From positions 224,001 to 288,000 of the forward strand of contig CAVSJV010000002.1 of the NCBI GenBank assembly GCA_963728405.1: a DNA stretch of 64,000 nucleotides. Direction: 5' to 3'. The translations under genes were made by a program, and so were the position numbers. This document shows, in pieces, positions 55,397 through 64,000 of the stretch (its first letter is position 1; each line of letters begins with the position of its first letter). This stretch comes from Methanomassiliicoccaceae archaeon. Lineage in GTDB: Archaea; Thermoplasmatota; Thermoplasmata; Methanomassiliicoccales; Methanomassiliicoccaceae. The notes under the pieces were generated by a model. It was given only the letters and a program-made list of their open reading frames with translations. It did no database searches and was not told the origin of the DNA.

Positions 55397-55704
55397 GGCC
55401 ATGCCCGCCCTTAATATGGCTGGCATCCTGTACTGGGATGTGTGTTTGCTCCCCATCGAGGACTGATGGTCCTGGGGGCACCATCCGTTCGATGACAGGG
55501 CGTGGCCGTCCTAGCCTACCTCGGTCGAATTTTACATTTACATCACAATAAGGGGCCGGAACGGACCTGTTGGAAACCGGAAGGACGAGGAATCACGGTA
55601 CCTTTTTGTAGTCATACGATGATTATCTGTTTCTAAAATTATATACTTTGGCGAGTATGATAATCTGGAAAGTATTATAAGGGCCGGCTTACAATTGTAA
55701 TTGT

Positions 55705-56100
55705 ATGTCGGTGGTTAGTATGGAGGAGCTTGTCTTAGCGTTGAAGAATACGCTGGGCAAGAAGGGAATGCAGGAAAGCGACATCGAGCGCTTGGCCGAG
55801 TACATAATGAGCTTCTTCGGTTATACCGATTCGGTCATCGACAACCGGCTCACCTCGGAGGACCGGGACGTTTTCTACATGCTAGAGGAGGAAGGTTTTG
55901 TCACCACGACCGAGGAAGAGGTGCATCTTAAGAAGGGCAAGATGTGGCGCATCCATTATTGGATCCTAAAGAAGGACCAGATCTTCAGACTGGCAGCGAT
56001 ACCCGAAGAGAAGCACCAGGAGATGGACGAAATGACATCTATCTACGAGAACATATCCAAGGATGTCTGGGCCCGGGAACCTCCTGGCCAGTCGCATTGA
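55705..56100 (+). CDS. DUF6015-like winged-helix protein (paralogue 2)
   Basis: FFGYTDSVIDNRLTSEDRDVFYMLEEEG..WRIHYW. Confidence 0.75.
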   Translation: MSVVSMEELVLALKNTLGKKGMQESDIERLAEYIMSFFGYTDSVIDNRLTSEDRDVFYMLEEEGFVTTTEEEVHLKKGKMWRIHYWILKKDQIFRLAAIPEEKHQEMDEMTSIYENISKDVWAREPPGQSH

Positions 56101-56238
56101 TATCTCTTCTACTGATCTTTCGAACTACCCCGCCGTCCGGGCGGGGCTCTATGTTTCTATCACTCCGCTTGCTCGGGGTACTTTCTGCTCGCAAAAAGGT
56201 TAATAGTGCTATATCATTAGAGCGTCCAGAGGGACTAG

Positions 56239-57807
56239 ATGGATGGACTTCTTATCGCCCTAGTGATATTGGTCGTATACCTGGTTTTGGTATTCATTCT
56301 GAAGACCAAGGGCATTCTCGAAAAGTACAACATGACTACCTGGGGTCCGTTCATCATGTGGCGGACCAAGCGGGGAAGGGACCTTATCGATAAGCTGGCC
56401 AAGCCCACGCGGTTCTGGAAGTTCTACGCCGCTTTAGGAAAGGGCGTCGTCATCGTGACCATGATCTTCATCATGGCCCTCCTGATCTGGGAAGCGTTCC
56501 TCGTACCCAGCATACCGGCGTCAAGCGCGCCGTCACCGGAGATGCTGATCGGTCTTCCGGGCATCAACCCGGTCATCCCGCTCTGGTATGGTATCCTCGG
56601 TCTGGTGGTCGCGGTGTTCATCCACGAGTTCGCCCACGGCATCCTGACCCGGGTAGGGGACATGAAGGTCAAGGCCATGGGGATCGTCTTCCTGGTCGTT
56701 CCCATGGGTGCTTTCGTCGAGCCGGACGAAGAGGCGCTAGGTAAGGTCGAAAAGAAGAAGCGCACATCGGTCTACGCGGTCGGTCCCGCTACCAACATCA
56801 TATTCGCTCTCATCTGCGCGTTCCTGTTCTCGATGGTAGTGGTATCGTCAGCTCAGGTGGCCCACGACGGACCGGTGGTCCTGAGCGTCGCCGGCTCCTC
56901 TCCTGCCTCGGTGGCGGGCATGCAGATCGGGGACCAGATCGTGGAGGCCAATGGAGTCGCGGTAGCCTCGGACGGTTTCAACACGATATCCGCACCGAAC
57001 CCCGGCACCAACACCACGTTAGTGTATTACCGTTCAGGCAATAGTATGGGGGCCTCGATGGTCTCGGGCATGTACATCATCTCTACCACCGAGGGAGAAC
57101 CGGCCAGGAACGCGGGCATCCAGTCTGGCATGATACTCGCTTCGCTGGACGAACATATCATCCGCAACTACGCGGAGTTCCGTTCCGTGCTGGAAAACGT
57201 GACGCCCGGAGCGACTATGCCTATTTCCGTACTCGCCCTGAACACGACCTCCGGCCAATATGAGAACGTCTCCTCCATACAGAGCATTTCCACACTCAAG
57301 AGGGGGACGGACTCCAGTCCCATCGCCTATCTCGGTGTGGTCATCACATACAGCGGTCTGGGCGTGGCCGACCCCGAGGTCCTGCTAAGCGCTATGGCCA
57401 ACCCATACGCTGATGTCAGTGGTCCCGGCGACTTCGTCACCGGAACGCTGCGTTACATCGCGCTTCCGTTCCTCGGACTTCAGCCTCTTAGCGGCCCGTT
57501 GACCGGTATCCTGGTGCCGGGCGGAATATTCGCCGGGATGTCAGCCGATACGTTCTGGATCATCGCCAACAGCCTATATTGGATATTCTGGATCAATCTG
57601 ATGGTGGGTATGACCAACGCGCTTCCAGCCGTACCGCTCGACGGAGGCTTCCTGTTCAAGGACTGGCTGGACTCCATCGTCGGGAAGGTCAAGCAGGGCG
57701 CCGACCAGAAGCAGAGGGAGCGATACGTCAACGGCATAACATGGGGCTTCGCCCTACTGGTGCTATTCCTGATCATGTGGCAGATAATCGGACCACGGGT
57801 CCTCTGA
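56239..57807 (+). CDS. Site-2 protease (M50) with PDZ-like domains
   Basis: HEFAH, GAFVEPD, GPATN, two SPA/EPA..AG repeats, NALPAVPLDGG. Confidence 0.94.
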   Translation: MDGLLIALVILVVYLVLVFILKTKGILEKYNMTTWGPFIMWRTKRGRDLIDKLAKPTRFWKFYAALGKGVVIVTMIFIMALLIWEAFLVPSIPASSAPSPEMLIGLPGINPVIPLWYGILGLVVAVFIHEFAHGILTRVGDMKVKAMGIVFLVVPMGAFVEPDEEALGKVEKKKRTSVYAVGPATNIIFALICAFLFSMVVVSSAQVAHDGPVVLSVAGSSPASVAGMQIGDQIVEANGVAVASDGFNTISAPNPGTNTTLVYYRSGNSMGASMVSGMYIISTTEGEPARNAGIQSGMILASLDEHIIRNYAEFRSVLENVTPGATMPISVLALNTTSGQYENVSSIQSISTLKRGTDSSPIAYLGVVITYSGLGVADPEVLLSAMANPYADVSGPGDFVTGTLRYIALPFLGLQPLSGPLTGILVPGGIFAGMSADTFWIIANSLYWIFWINLMVGMTNALPAVPLDGGFLFKDWLDSIVGKVKQGADQKQRERYVNGITWGFALLVLFLIMWQIIGPRVL

Positions 57808-58041
57808 TCAGGACCGCACCGCGATCAGCAGCCCCCGGTACTCATTGCACCGGGGGCACAGATCGTAATCTAGAGCGCGGAAGTTGGAGGTGACCTCGTA
57901 CACCGACCCGCAGTCCGCGCACTTCTTGAACGCCACCATGGCGGGGGTGAACCGATCGCACTGATCCACCCTCGTACCTTTGTTATAGACGCACAGCTCG
58001 GCTGAGCAGTTGTCGCACAGGCTTCGCCGACTGACCTTCAT
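57808..58041 (-). CDS. Small Cys-rich protein
   Basis: CDNC..C..C and CADC..CPRC in about 77 aa; start could be 58074. Confidence 0.65.
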   Translation of the reverse strand: MKVSRRSLCDNCSAELCVYNKGTRVDQCDRFTPAMVAFKKCADCGSVYEVTSNFRALDYDLCPRCNEYRGLLIAVRS

Positions 58042-58848
58042 CCAAAGGTGTTCTCCCACCTTTACTCGCCCCATCCTGATCGCCTCGTGTGATAACGATT
58101 GTCAATGTGGTGGTCCACTATAAAATGGTTAGACCGAACTGTTTCGGGTCTGAAAGGGCAACATGGGGCCAGAGGCGTGGCCGAGGTGGTCGGTAAGGCG
58201 GGGAATCTGGTGAAATGGTCAGACCTCTTAGGATGGTGATCTTCCACAATATCCGATCAACACCCTGTTCAACCAAGACTGCCTGACGCTCGAAGTACGG
58301 TCCGGGTGGGCCGACACTGCTAGGGGATAGGACCCATACATGGGTCCCAATAACGAAGCAGCAGCTAACAAAGCCATGTCGATCTACGAACGGCATGAAC
58401 CGTTCCAGTGACTGGCCGATGTGGCCGTTATCAACGCTTCGGAAAGGATTGTGCTCGACATGTCGCACTTAATCTTGCCTATATGCATAAGATAATGATA
58501 GATAATCACGATATTCGATCGAGGTCGGCCGATGTGGAGAAACTGATCAAGGAGGTCAACGTGAAATTTACTTTCAAGGTTGAGTTCAAAGGAACATCCT
58601 GAGAATGAGGTCATGTCTTATTTCAGAAGGCAGGAGAACTGGCCGACCACCTTCAGGAAAAAAGGAAGACGCTGTAATGGGCCCGTATTTTACCTATCAT
58701 CTCGTAGGCACTTTCCTGTCCTCCTGGCCCAGAGCCCTCTGATAGTGGTTCCAGCTCGCATCCGGCCTTACCTTGGCAATGCTCATGGGTCGTGAATAGG
58801 CCAATCCTTGACCAAGTTAACGGAGGAAGATGGCCGGAAAGTGATGCA

Positions 58849-61446
58849 TTACTTTGAAGGGATGCTGAAGTAGAAAGTGCTCCCCTTCCCTGGCTCGGAC
58901 TCGAACCAGACGCGCCCGCCATACCGCTCGACGATCTTCTTCACCATGGCCAGGCCGATGCCTGCCCCCTCGTACTCAGTCTGCGCATGGAGCCGGGAGA
59001 ACATCTGGAACAGGTGGTCTTTATACTGCGGGTCGATGCCGATGCCGTTGTCTCTGACCGAGAATAGCCACCCCCCCTCTCGCCCTTCGGCGGAGATGTG
59101 GGACCCGAGGAGTGTCAGGCGCGTGGAATTTTATGGCGTTCGCCACTAGGTTCTGGAGAAGCTGCACCATCTGGGAGTCGTTGGCCACAACGGTCGGCAG
59201 GGAATCGTTGGAGACGACCGCCCTGGACTCCGAAATTGAAGCGGCGAGGTTCTGCCTCACCTGGTCGAGTACCACATTCATGTCAACGGGCTCGAGGCTC
59301 TCGTTCCCCTGATCTATCTTCGATAACTCCAGCAGGTCGTCGATCAACTTGGCCATACGCCTACTACTGCACACCACCTGGTCGATGAAACCGCTCGCCC
59401 TCTCGTCTAAGATCTTCCCTTTGTATCTGGACTGCAACAATTGCAGGAACGACGATATTGTTGTTAGAGGGGCCTTGAGGTCGTGACTTGCTAATGTAGG
59501 CGAAATGCTGTAGTTCGGTGTTGGAGCTCTTCAAATCATTTTCCAGCATTTTCAGTCTGCTGAAGTCAGTGAAGACGACTAGACTACCAGTTACCTTCCC
59601 ATCAAGATTTATTATGGGCAAGGCAGAGGCAAGCACTATCGCCCGTCCTCCATCCGCTCTCTGTACCTCTAGTTCTTCATTGCTTAGGGCCTCGCCCCTC
59701 AGCAAGGCCCGAGCTACCGGCATCTCTTCTGCCGGCAAGGGGATGTTGGAACCGGGACGATACACACGAAAGAGGGTGAGATCGGAGAGGCTTCTGGATT
59801 GGGCAGAATTTCCCAAATAATCGTGCATGATCCTGTTTCTGATGATAATCTGGCCACTAGCGTCCGCCACGGAGACACCCACCGGCAGGGTGTCGAGTAT
59901 CGTTTGAAGCCGGGAGCGCTCCTCCTCCACCACCCTCTCCACAGTCTTCCGCCCAGTGATGTCCTGGGTAATGCCCGACGCCGCCCTAACCCGGCCGTCC
60001 GGGCCCCAGGTGACACTATCGGTCATGGCATGCAAGTAGCGGATAGACCCGTTCGGCAGAACGATCCGGTAGTCGATGCCTCCCAGCCGCCCTTCCCGTT
60101 GCACCGACACGACGTATTCCTTGTACCTCTGCAGGTCATCCGGATGAATGAACGACCAGATCTGGTCCAGAATGGTTCCAGATTGGGGCTCGAGACCGTA
60201 GATTCGATAGGTTTCATCAGACGCCTCGAACTGCCCGGTCTGGAAGTCGAGGGACCAGCTCCCTAGATGGGCGATCTCCTGGGACCTGGCCAGCACAGTT
60301 ATATTCTTGTTCAACGCCTCTTCAATCCGCTTCCGCTCGGTTATGTCCAAAAGGGAGGAGAGCATGACATCTTCCCCACCAATCGTTAGTATCTGAGCCG
60401 AATATAAGGCGGTCCAAACCTCGCCGTTCTTCCTCCTAAGCTGTAATTCCCTATTATTGATAGATCTGTTCTTCTCTAATTCGAGCACCACATCTTCCCG
60501 ATCATGGCCTGTCATCCATATCTGTAGTTCAGAGGTGTTGCGGCCGATGACCTCGTCCCGGGTATATCCCAGAATCTTCAACCCAGTGTCGTTGGCCTCG
60601 ATGATCCTGCCATCGCTCAAACGGGTGATAAAGGTCGATGCGGCCGAGCCGTGGAACGCTTTGGCGAACTTCTCCTCGTTCTCCCTTAGCGCTTCCTCCG
60701 CCCGCTTTAGCGTGGTGATGTCGTACAATTGGACACAAATGTTCGGTTTTCCATTTAGGACGATGGGGAACGCGGAGGTCTCGGCATAGATCTGCGTACC
60801 ATCCTTCTTGATGCCGATGAATTCGATCCTACCCTTGGCTTCCATCTGTAACCAACCTAGGATCGCATCGCGGGTTTCGGCACTCATCATAAAGTCAAAC
60901 CCATTCCTTCCAATGATCTCCTCCGGCTCGTAACCGAACATATGGGCGAACTGGGGGTTACAGTCGATGATGATCCCCCCCATCATGGAACATTATGCCC
61001 TCCGTTGAAGCCTCCGCCAGAGCCCGGAACCGGTTCTCGCTCTCTTGCAGCTGTTTCTTGGTGCGAAAGGTCTCCGCCGCCCTTCTGATCATGTTGGCCA
61101 GCTCGGCATACTGGGCCTCAGGGTCGCTCCCTTTTTGGAGGTAAAAGCACGCCCCCAGGTTGAGGGCATCCACCGCGACGTCCTCCCTTCCTTTCCCGGT
61201 GAACAGTATGAACGGCACCTCGCTTCTCCGTTCATTGAGCTCCTTGAGCAATTCAAGGCCGTTCATGGAGTGCATCTGGTAGTCCGATACCACCACATCG
61301 TATTCGCTCGCTTCGATCTTAGAGAGCGCCTCGTGGGCCGAACCCGCCACCTCTACGGACATGTCCTCATTGTCCCCTAGGCAGATCCTGGTCAAGTTAA
61401 GATGGGCTGGTTCATCGTCGACCGCCAGAACTTTGATCTTCTCCAT
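58849..61446 (-). CDS. Hybrid sensor histidine kinase REC-(PAS)n-HisKA-HATPase (three frameshifts near 60980, 59494, 59100)
   Basis: VDDE..SDYQM..FTGKG; PAS repeats; repaired [41 protein letters not shown], stop at 58849. Confidence 0.9.
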
Positions 61447-61774
61447 TGATATCAATTCCCCTGTGAGTCCTATTTATTTTTAGCTTTAATAAACACCCTG
61501 TCATTGATGGTTTTAGTTGTTATCTCTTTCATGAATGGCCAGTACTACTTTTCATTAGAGCTGATGGTAAAAACACTATTCTGCGTCGATGCGACACGAC
61601 TTACGAGATGATAAAAATGGGTTGGACTCGGCTTGGATCAATTATCGCTTGAGCTAGATAATGAAAAACGAGGGTCCGATTTATCAAACCTCCCGACCTG
61701 GCCAGTGCAGGGTGTACGGGGCTAAAAGGGATTTTCTTTGGCAAGCCTCTGGCCTTACTTGGGATATGAATGCT

Positions 61775-62899
61775 TTATTTTGGAACGGCGTCAATATTGG
61801 CGCAGATGAGATTTTGGCATTCATCTATCAATTCAAGAACGGCATCCCATAGCACTCCTGCAATAACCACAACTGTCGCAGCCACAGGAACAATCTGATT
61901 CCAGAGTAGAACTATTAACTCTCTAATCCCACGGAACATATCCATCATCATTACCTTGATAATTTTAAGGAAATCAGACAAGGAATCCATAACCTTTCTC
62001 AGAGTTACGATAAGGGGGTTTTGTACATTATCTTTCAATGCAATGGCGATAATTGAAACCACACCTGCTAACGCCAAAAATCTTTTCAGATATAGTGGCA
62101 ATTTCTCGTAGGCCTCAACGACCGATGTCGTGATTTTGCTCAGGAATTTTTTCAAGGATACGAAGACATCAGATAACATATCGTAAAGCAGAGCAATCAG
62201 ATATTCGACCTTTTTTATTACCGGAATTCCAGCTAGCGATAGGATGTATAGGGACAAAACTCCTCCTTCTGCTACTAAGACAATGTTGGCGTAATCCCGA
62301 ATATCCCATCTTTTAACAATTTTTTGACCCTCATAGACCTCATGGCCTCTGCTGATTATTGCCTTTGAATTGGATGTTATTGTCACTGCGAGAAATGGGA
62401 CATCATTCGGGTCGATATTTCCAATTGCATCTGCTGCCGTTTTCAAAGAACTGGCAGTCGGATCGGACATTGTTCTTACAAGCGACAAAAGATAGTTGGC
62501 ATGGCTCAGCGCTTTTTGCTTGTCCGCTCCTTTTGGTAAGTCCTTTTCTATTGCCTCCATCACCTCATTTCGTGTGTTCGTATGGGCGACCAGGTCTACA
62601 TACGGACAGGAAAATATCCTAGGGGTTGTAGACGGCCTATCCTTTGCAACTCTGAACGCATCAGCAATAATGATGTTTGAATCGACGCCAAATACAAATC
62701 GAAAAGAGAAATCAAATCCGCTAATGCCCACCCATTCAAGGATCTCATCTCGGACCTTGCTATGTAATTCGGGTGGAAAATCCTTTGATATTCTCTTTAT
62801 TTGTGCCCTGCCCTCTCCCCTTAATGCGCTAAAAACCTCACGATTTTCTTCAAGATAATCGGTAAGCAATAACCTAGTCGTCTCGTCCCCATCAATCAT
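61775..62899 (-). CDS. PIN-domain protein with hydrophobic C-terminal helices (AT-rich)
   Basis: VDSNIII, NEV, DPNDVPFLA, IISRG, followed by long hydrophobic/amphipathic segments. Confidence 0.7.
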   Translation of the reverse strand: MIDGDETTRLLLTDYLEENREVFSALRGEGRAQIKRISKDFPPELHSKVRDEILEWVGISGFDFSFRFVFGVDSNIIIADAFRVAKDRPSTTPRIFSCPYVDLVAHTNTRNEVMEAIEKDLPKGADKQKALSHANYLLSLVRTMSDPTASSLKTAADAIGNIDPNDVPFLAVTITSNSKAIISRGHEVYEGQKIVKRWDIRDYANIVLVAEGGVLSLYILSLAGIPVIKKVEYLIALLYDMLSDVFVSLKKFLSKITTSVVEAYEKLPLYLKRFLALAGVVSIIAIALKDNVQNPLIVTLRKVMDSLSDFLKIIKVMMMDMFRGIRELIVLLWNQIVPVAATVVVIAGVLWDAVLELIDECQNLICANIDAVPK

Positions 62900-63000
62900 T
62901 TGAACGCGGATATGGTCCTATGATATTAATCATTTGAAGTGGTTTTTTAGAATATGCTCTAATTTATATTATTTCAAAAGCATACATCCCTGGGGATCAA

Positions 63001-63429
63001 TTGGAGGATCAATCTCAAATTCCACAACCTGCACCGGCCACACCGGGGAAGAAGCTTAGCAGGAATCAGATGTTGGTAATCGCAATTGTAGTGATCATCG
63101 CCGTGGTCGTGATCCTGGCCGTTGTTTTATCAACGGCAGCCGCAATGAGAAGTGACCAGGTAAAGATAATTGTCTCCTATCCGGGTGACTGGTCGGGGAC
63201 CTATTCTGATGGAAGTAGCTTACACAGTTGGAGCGGATGGGGAGAGGACTCGGTAATTGTCACCCGATCTTCGGCCACCGCAACCATCTACGCGATGGCG
63301 ATGTCTACCGAATTTGGCTCTAGCGGAACTATGACATTGAAGATAATCGGACCGGACGGTCACACACTTAAAGAGGCCAGCGGATCCTCCGCATTCAATT
63401 TAGTAATGGTGTCTTGGACCCCCAGCTAA
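63001..63429 (+). CDS. Membrane-anchored extracellular protein
   Basis: KK...TM helix followed by a Ser/Gly-rich beta-like domain. Confidence 0.7.
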   Translation: MEDQSQIPQPAPATPGKKLSRNQMLVIAIVVIIAVVVILAVVLSTAAAMRSDQVKIIVSYPGDWSGTYSDGSSLHSWSGWGEDSVIVTRSSATATIYAMAMSTEFGSSGTMTLKIIGPDGHTLKEASGSSAFNLVMVSWTPS

Positions 63430-63857
63430 GGCCTTAGAAACCCACCCTTAGCCGGAACGCGATAGGAATAAGAGGCCGGGGTCCAAGGACCAATGTCCCC
63501 CTTAAGCTCATCCTTTGGAACTTCAAAAGGGTAGAAGTCCAGGCATATGGCCTTGAACTCTAATTCATTTATCTTGATTCGCCGCTCTCGTTCCATCAGT
63601 TTTGATTTCATGCACTCGCGACTCTGGGCAGGGCGTATAGGTATCATTTTTCATCCCTATCTAATGCCCCAAAAAGTTGTGAGGGGCCGAATTTGAACCA
63701 CCTGAGTAATGGTACCTTTTTTCAGTAAGTTACTGAACGTCGAATGGCTTAGAAATTATTTCTTACCGCTCATTCATTCATAGATAAGTGCACTAAGGTT
63801 AATATTTTATATATGGATAACAATAAAGAAAAAAAGAGAAGAGAAAAGGTTTTGAGT

Positions 63858-64000
63858 CTAGCTGATGGTGTTCCGCAACCGGTCCTTCAGCTCGCCCGTC
63901 TTCCCCTTGTTCCAACCCTTGGTCTTGGAGAAGAAGCCCGTGACGCGGGTGATGCCCTCGATGTCCGAGGAGCCGCAATAGGCGCATGTCTCTCTTAGGC
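63858..64000 (-). CDS. nrdD: Anaerobic ribonucleoside-triphosphate reductase, C-terminus (partial)
   Basis: Manual translation LRETCAYCGSSDIEGITRVTGFFSKTKGWNKGKTGELKDRLRNTIS* (glycyl-radical loop). Confidence 0.9.
   Translation of the reverse strand, partial: LRETCAYCGSSDIEGITRVTGFFSKTKGWNKGKTGELKDRLRNTIS

Noticed and set aside
58171-58228. tRNA-like stretch AGAGGCGTGGCCGAGGTGGT..AAGGCG..CCTCT
   Set aside because: No anticodon arm or TTCRA loop; the region also reads as part of a decayed protein-coding frame.
58230-58602. Possible gene remnant
   Set aside because: Protein-like patches are broken by stops and shifts, and I cannot assign a family.
1-64000. CRISPR arrays, rRNA genes, intact transposases or integrases
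   Set aside because: No regularly spaced repeats, rRNA signatures or intact mobile-element genes were seen.

Overview
Archaeal chromosomal window, inferred to be Thermoplasmatota and probably Methanomassiliicoccales, from gene style, GC-rich core genes and TATA-type promoters. Core content: aCPSF1/FttA and psmB, a Tad/type IV pilus-like ATPase plus membrane platform with two pilin-like genes, a U32 protein, apgM, an aminopeptidase, tRNA-Leu(TAG), a por+ior 2-oxoacid:ferredoxin oxidoreductase operon, an RHH regulator with a short FtsZ, an MFS, map, leuS, an MMPL transporter, ubiX, the rps19e-PDCD5-rpl39e-rpl31e-eif6 cluster, mptE, a PKD-domain peptide ABC transporter, a site-2 protease, a hybrid histidine kinase and the 3' end of nrdD. 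Most notable observations: (1) downstream of tRNA-Leu, degenerate copies of the tRNA 3' half, each followed by a shared hairpin arm, delimit small co-oriented cassettes with no integrase; (2) the tRNA-proximal cassette carries an aRF1 paralogue with GGQ changed to GGM and no NIKS motif; (3) an unannotated, highly structured ~110-nt RNA candidate with its own TATA box and T-tract at 2361-2472; (4) about 15 frameshifts, including one in essential leuS, most of which are repaired by removing one base to restore ACGT, suggesting long-read errors at a modified motif; (5) an FtsZ lacking its C-terminal domain, under a promoter packed with TGTCATA repeats. All calls are by eye; no database search was run.
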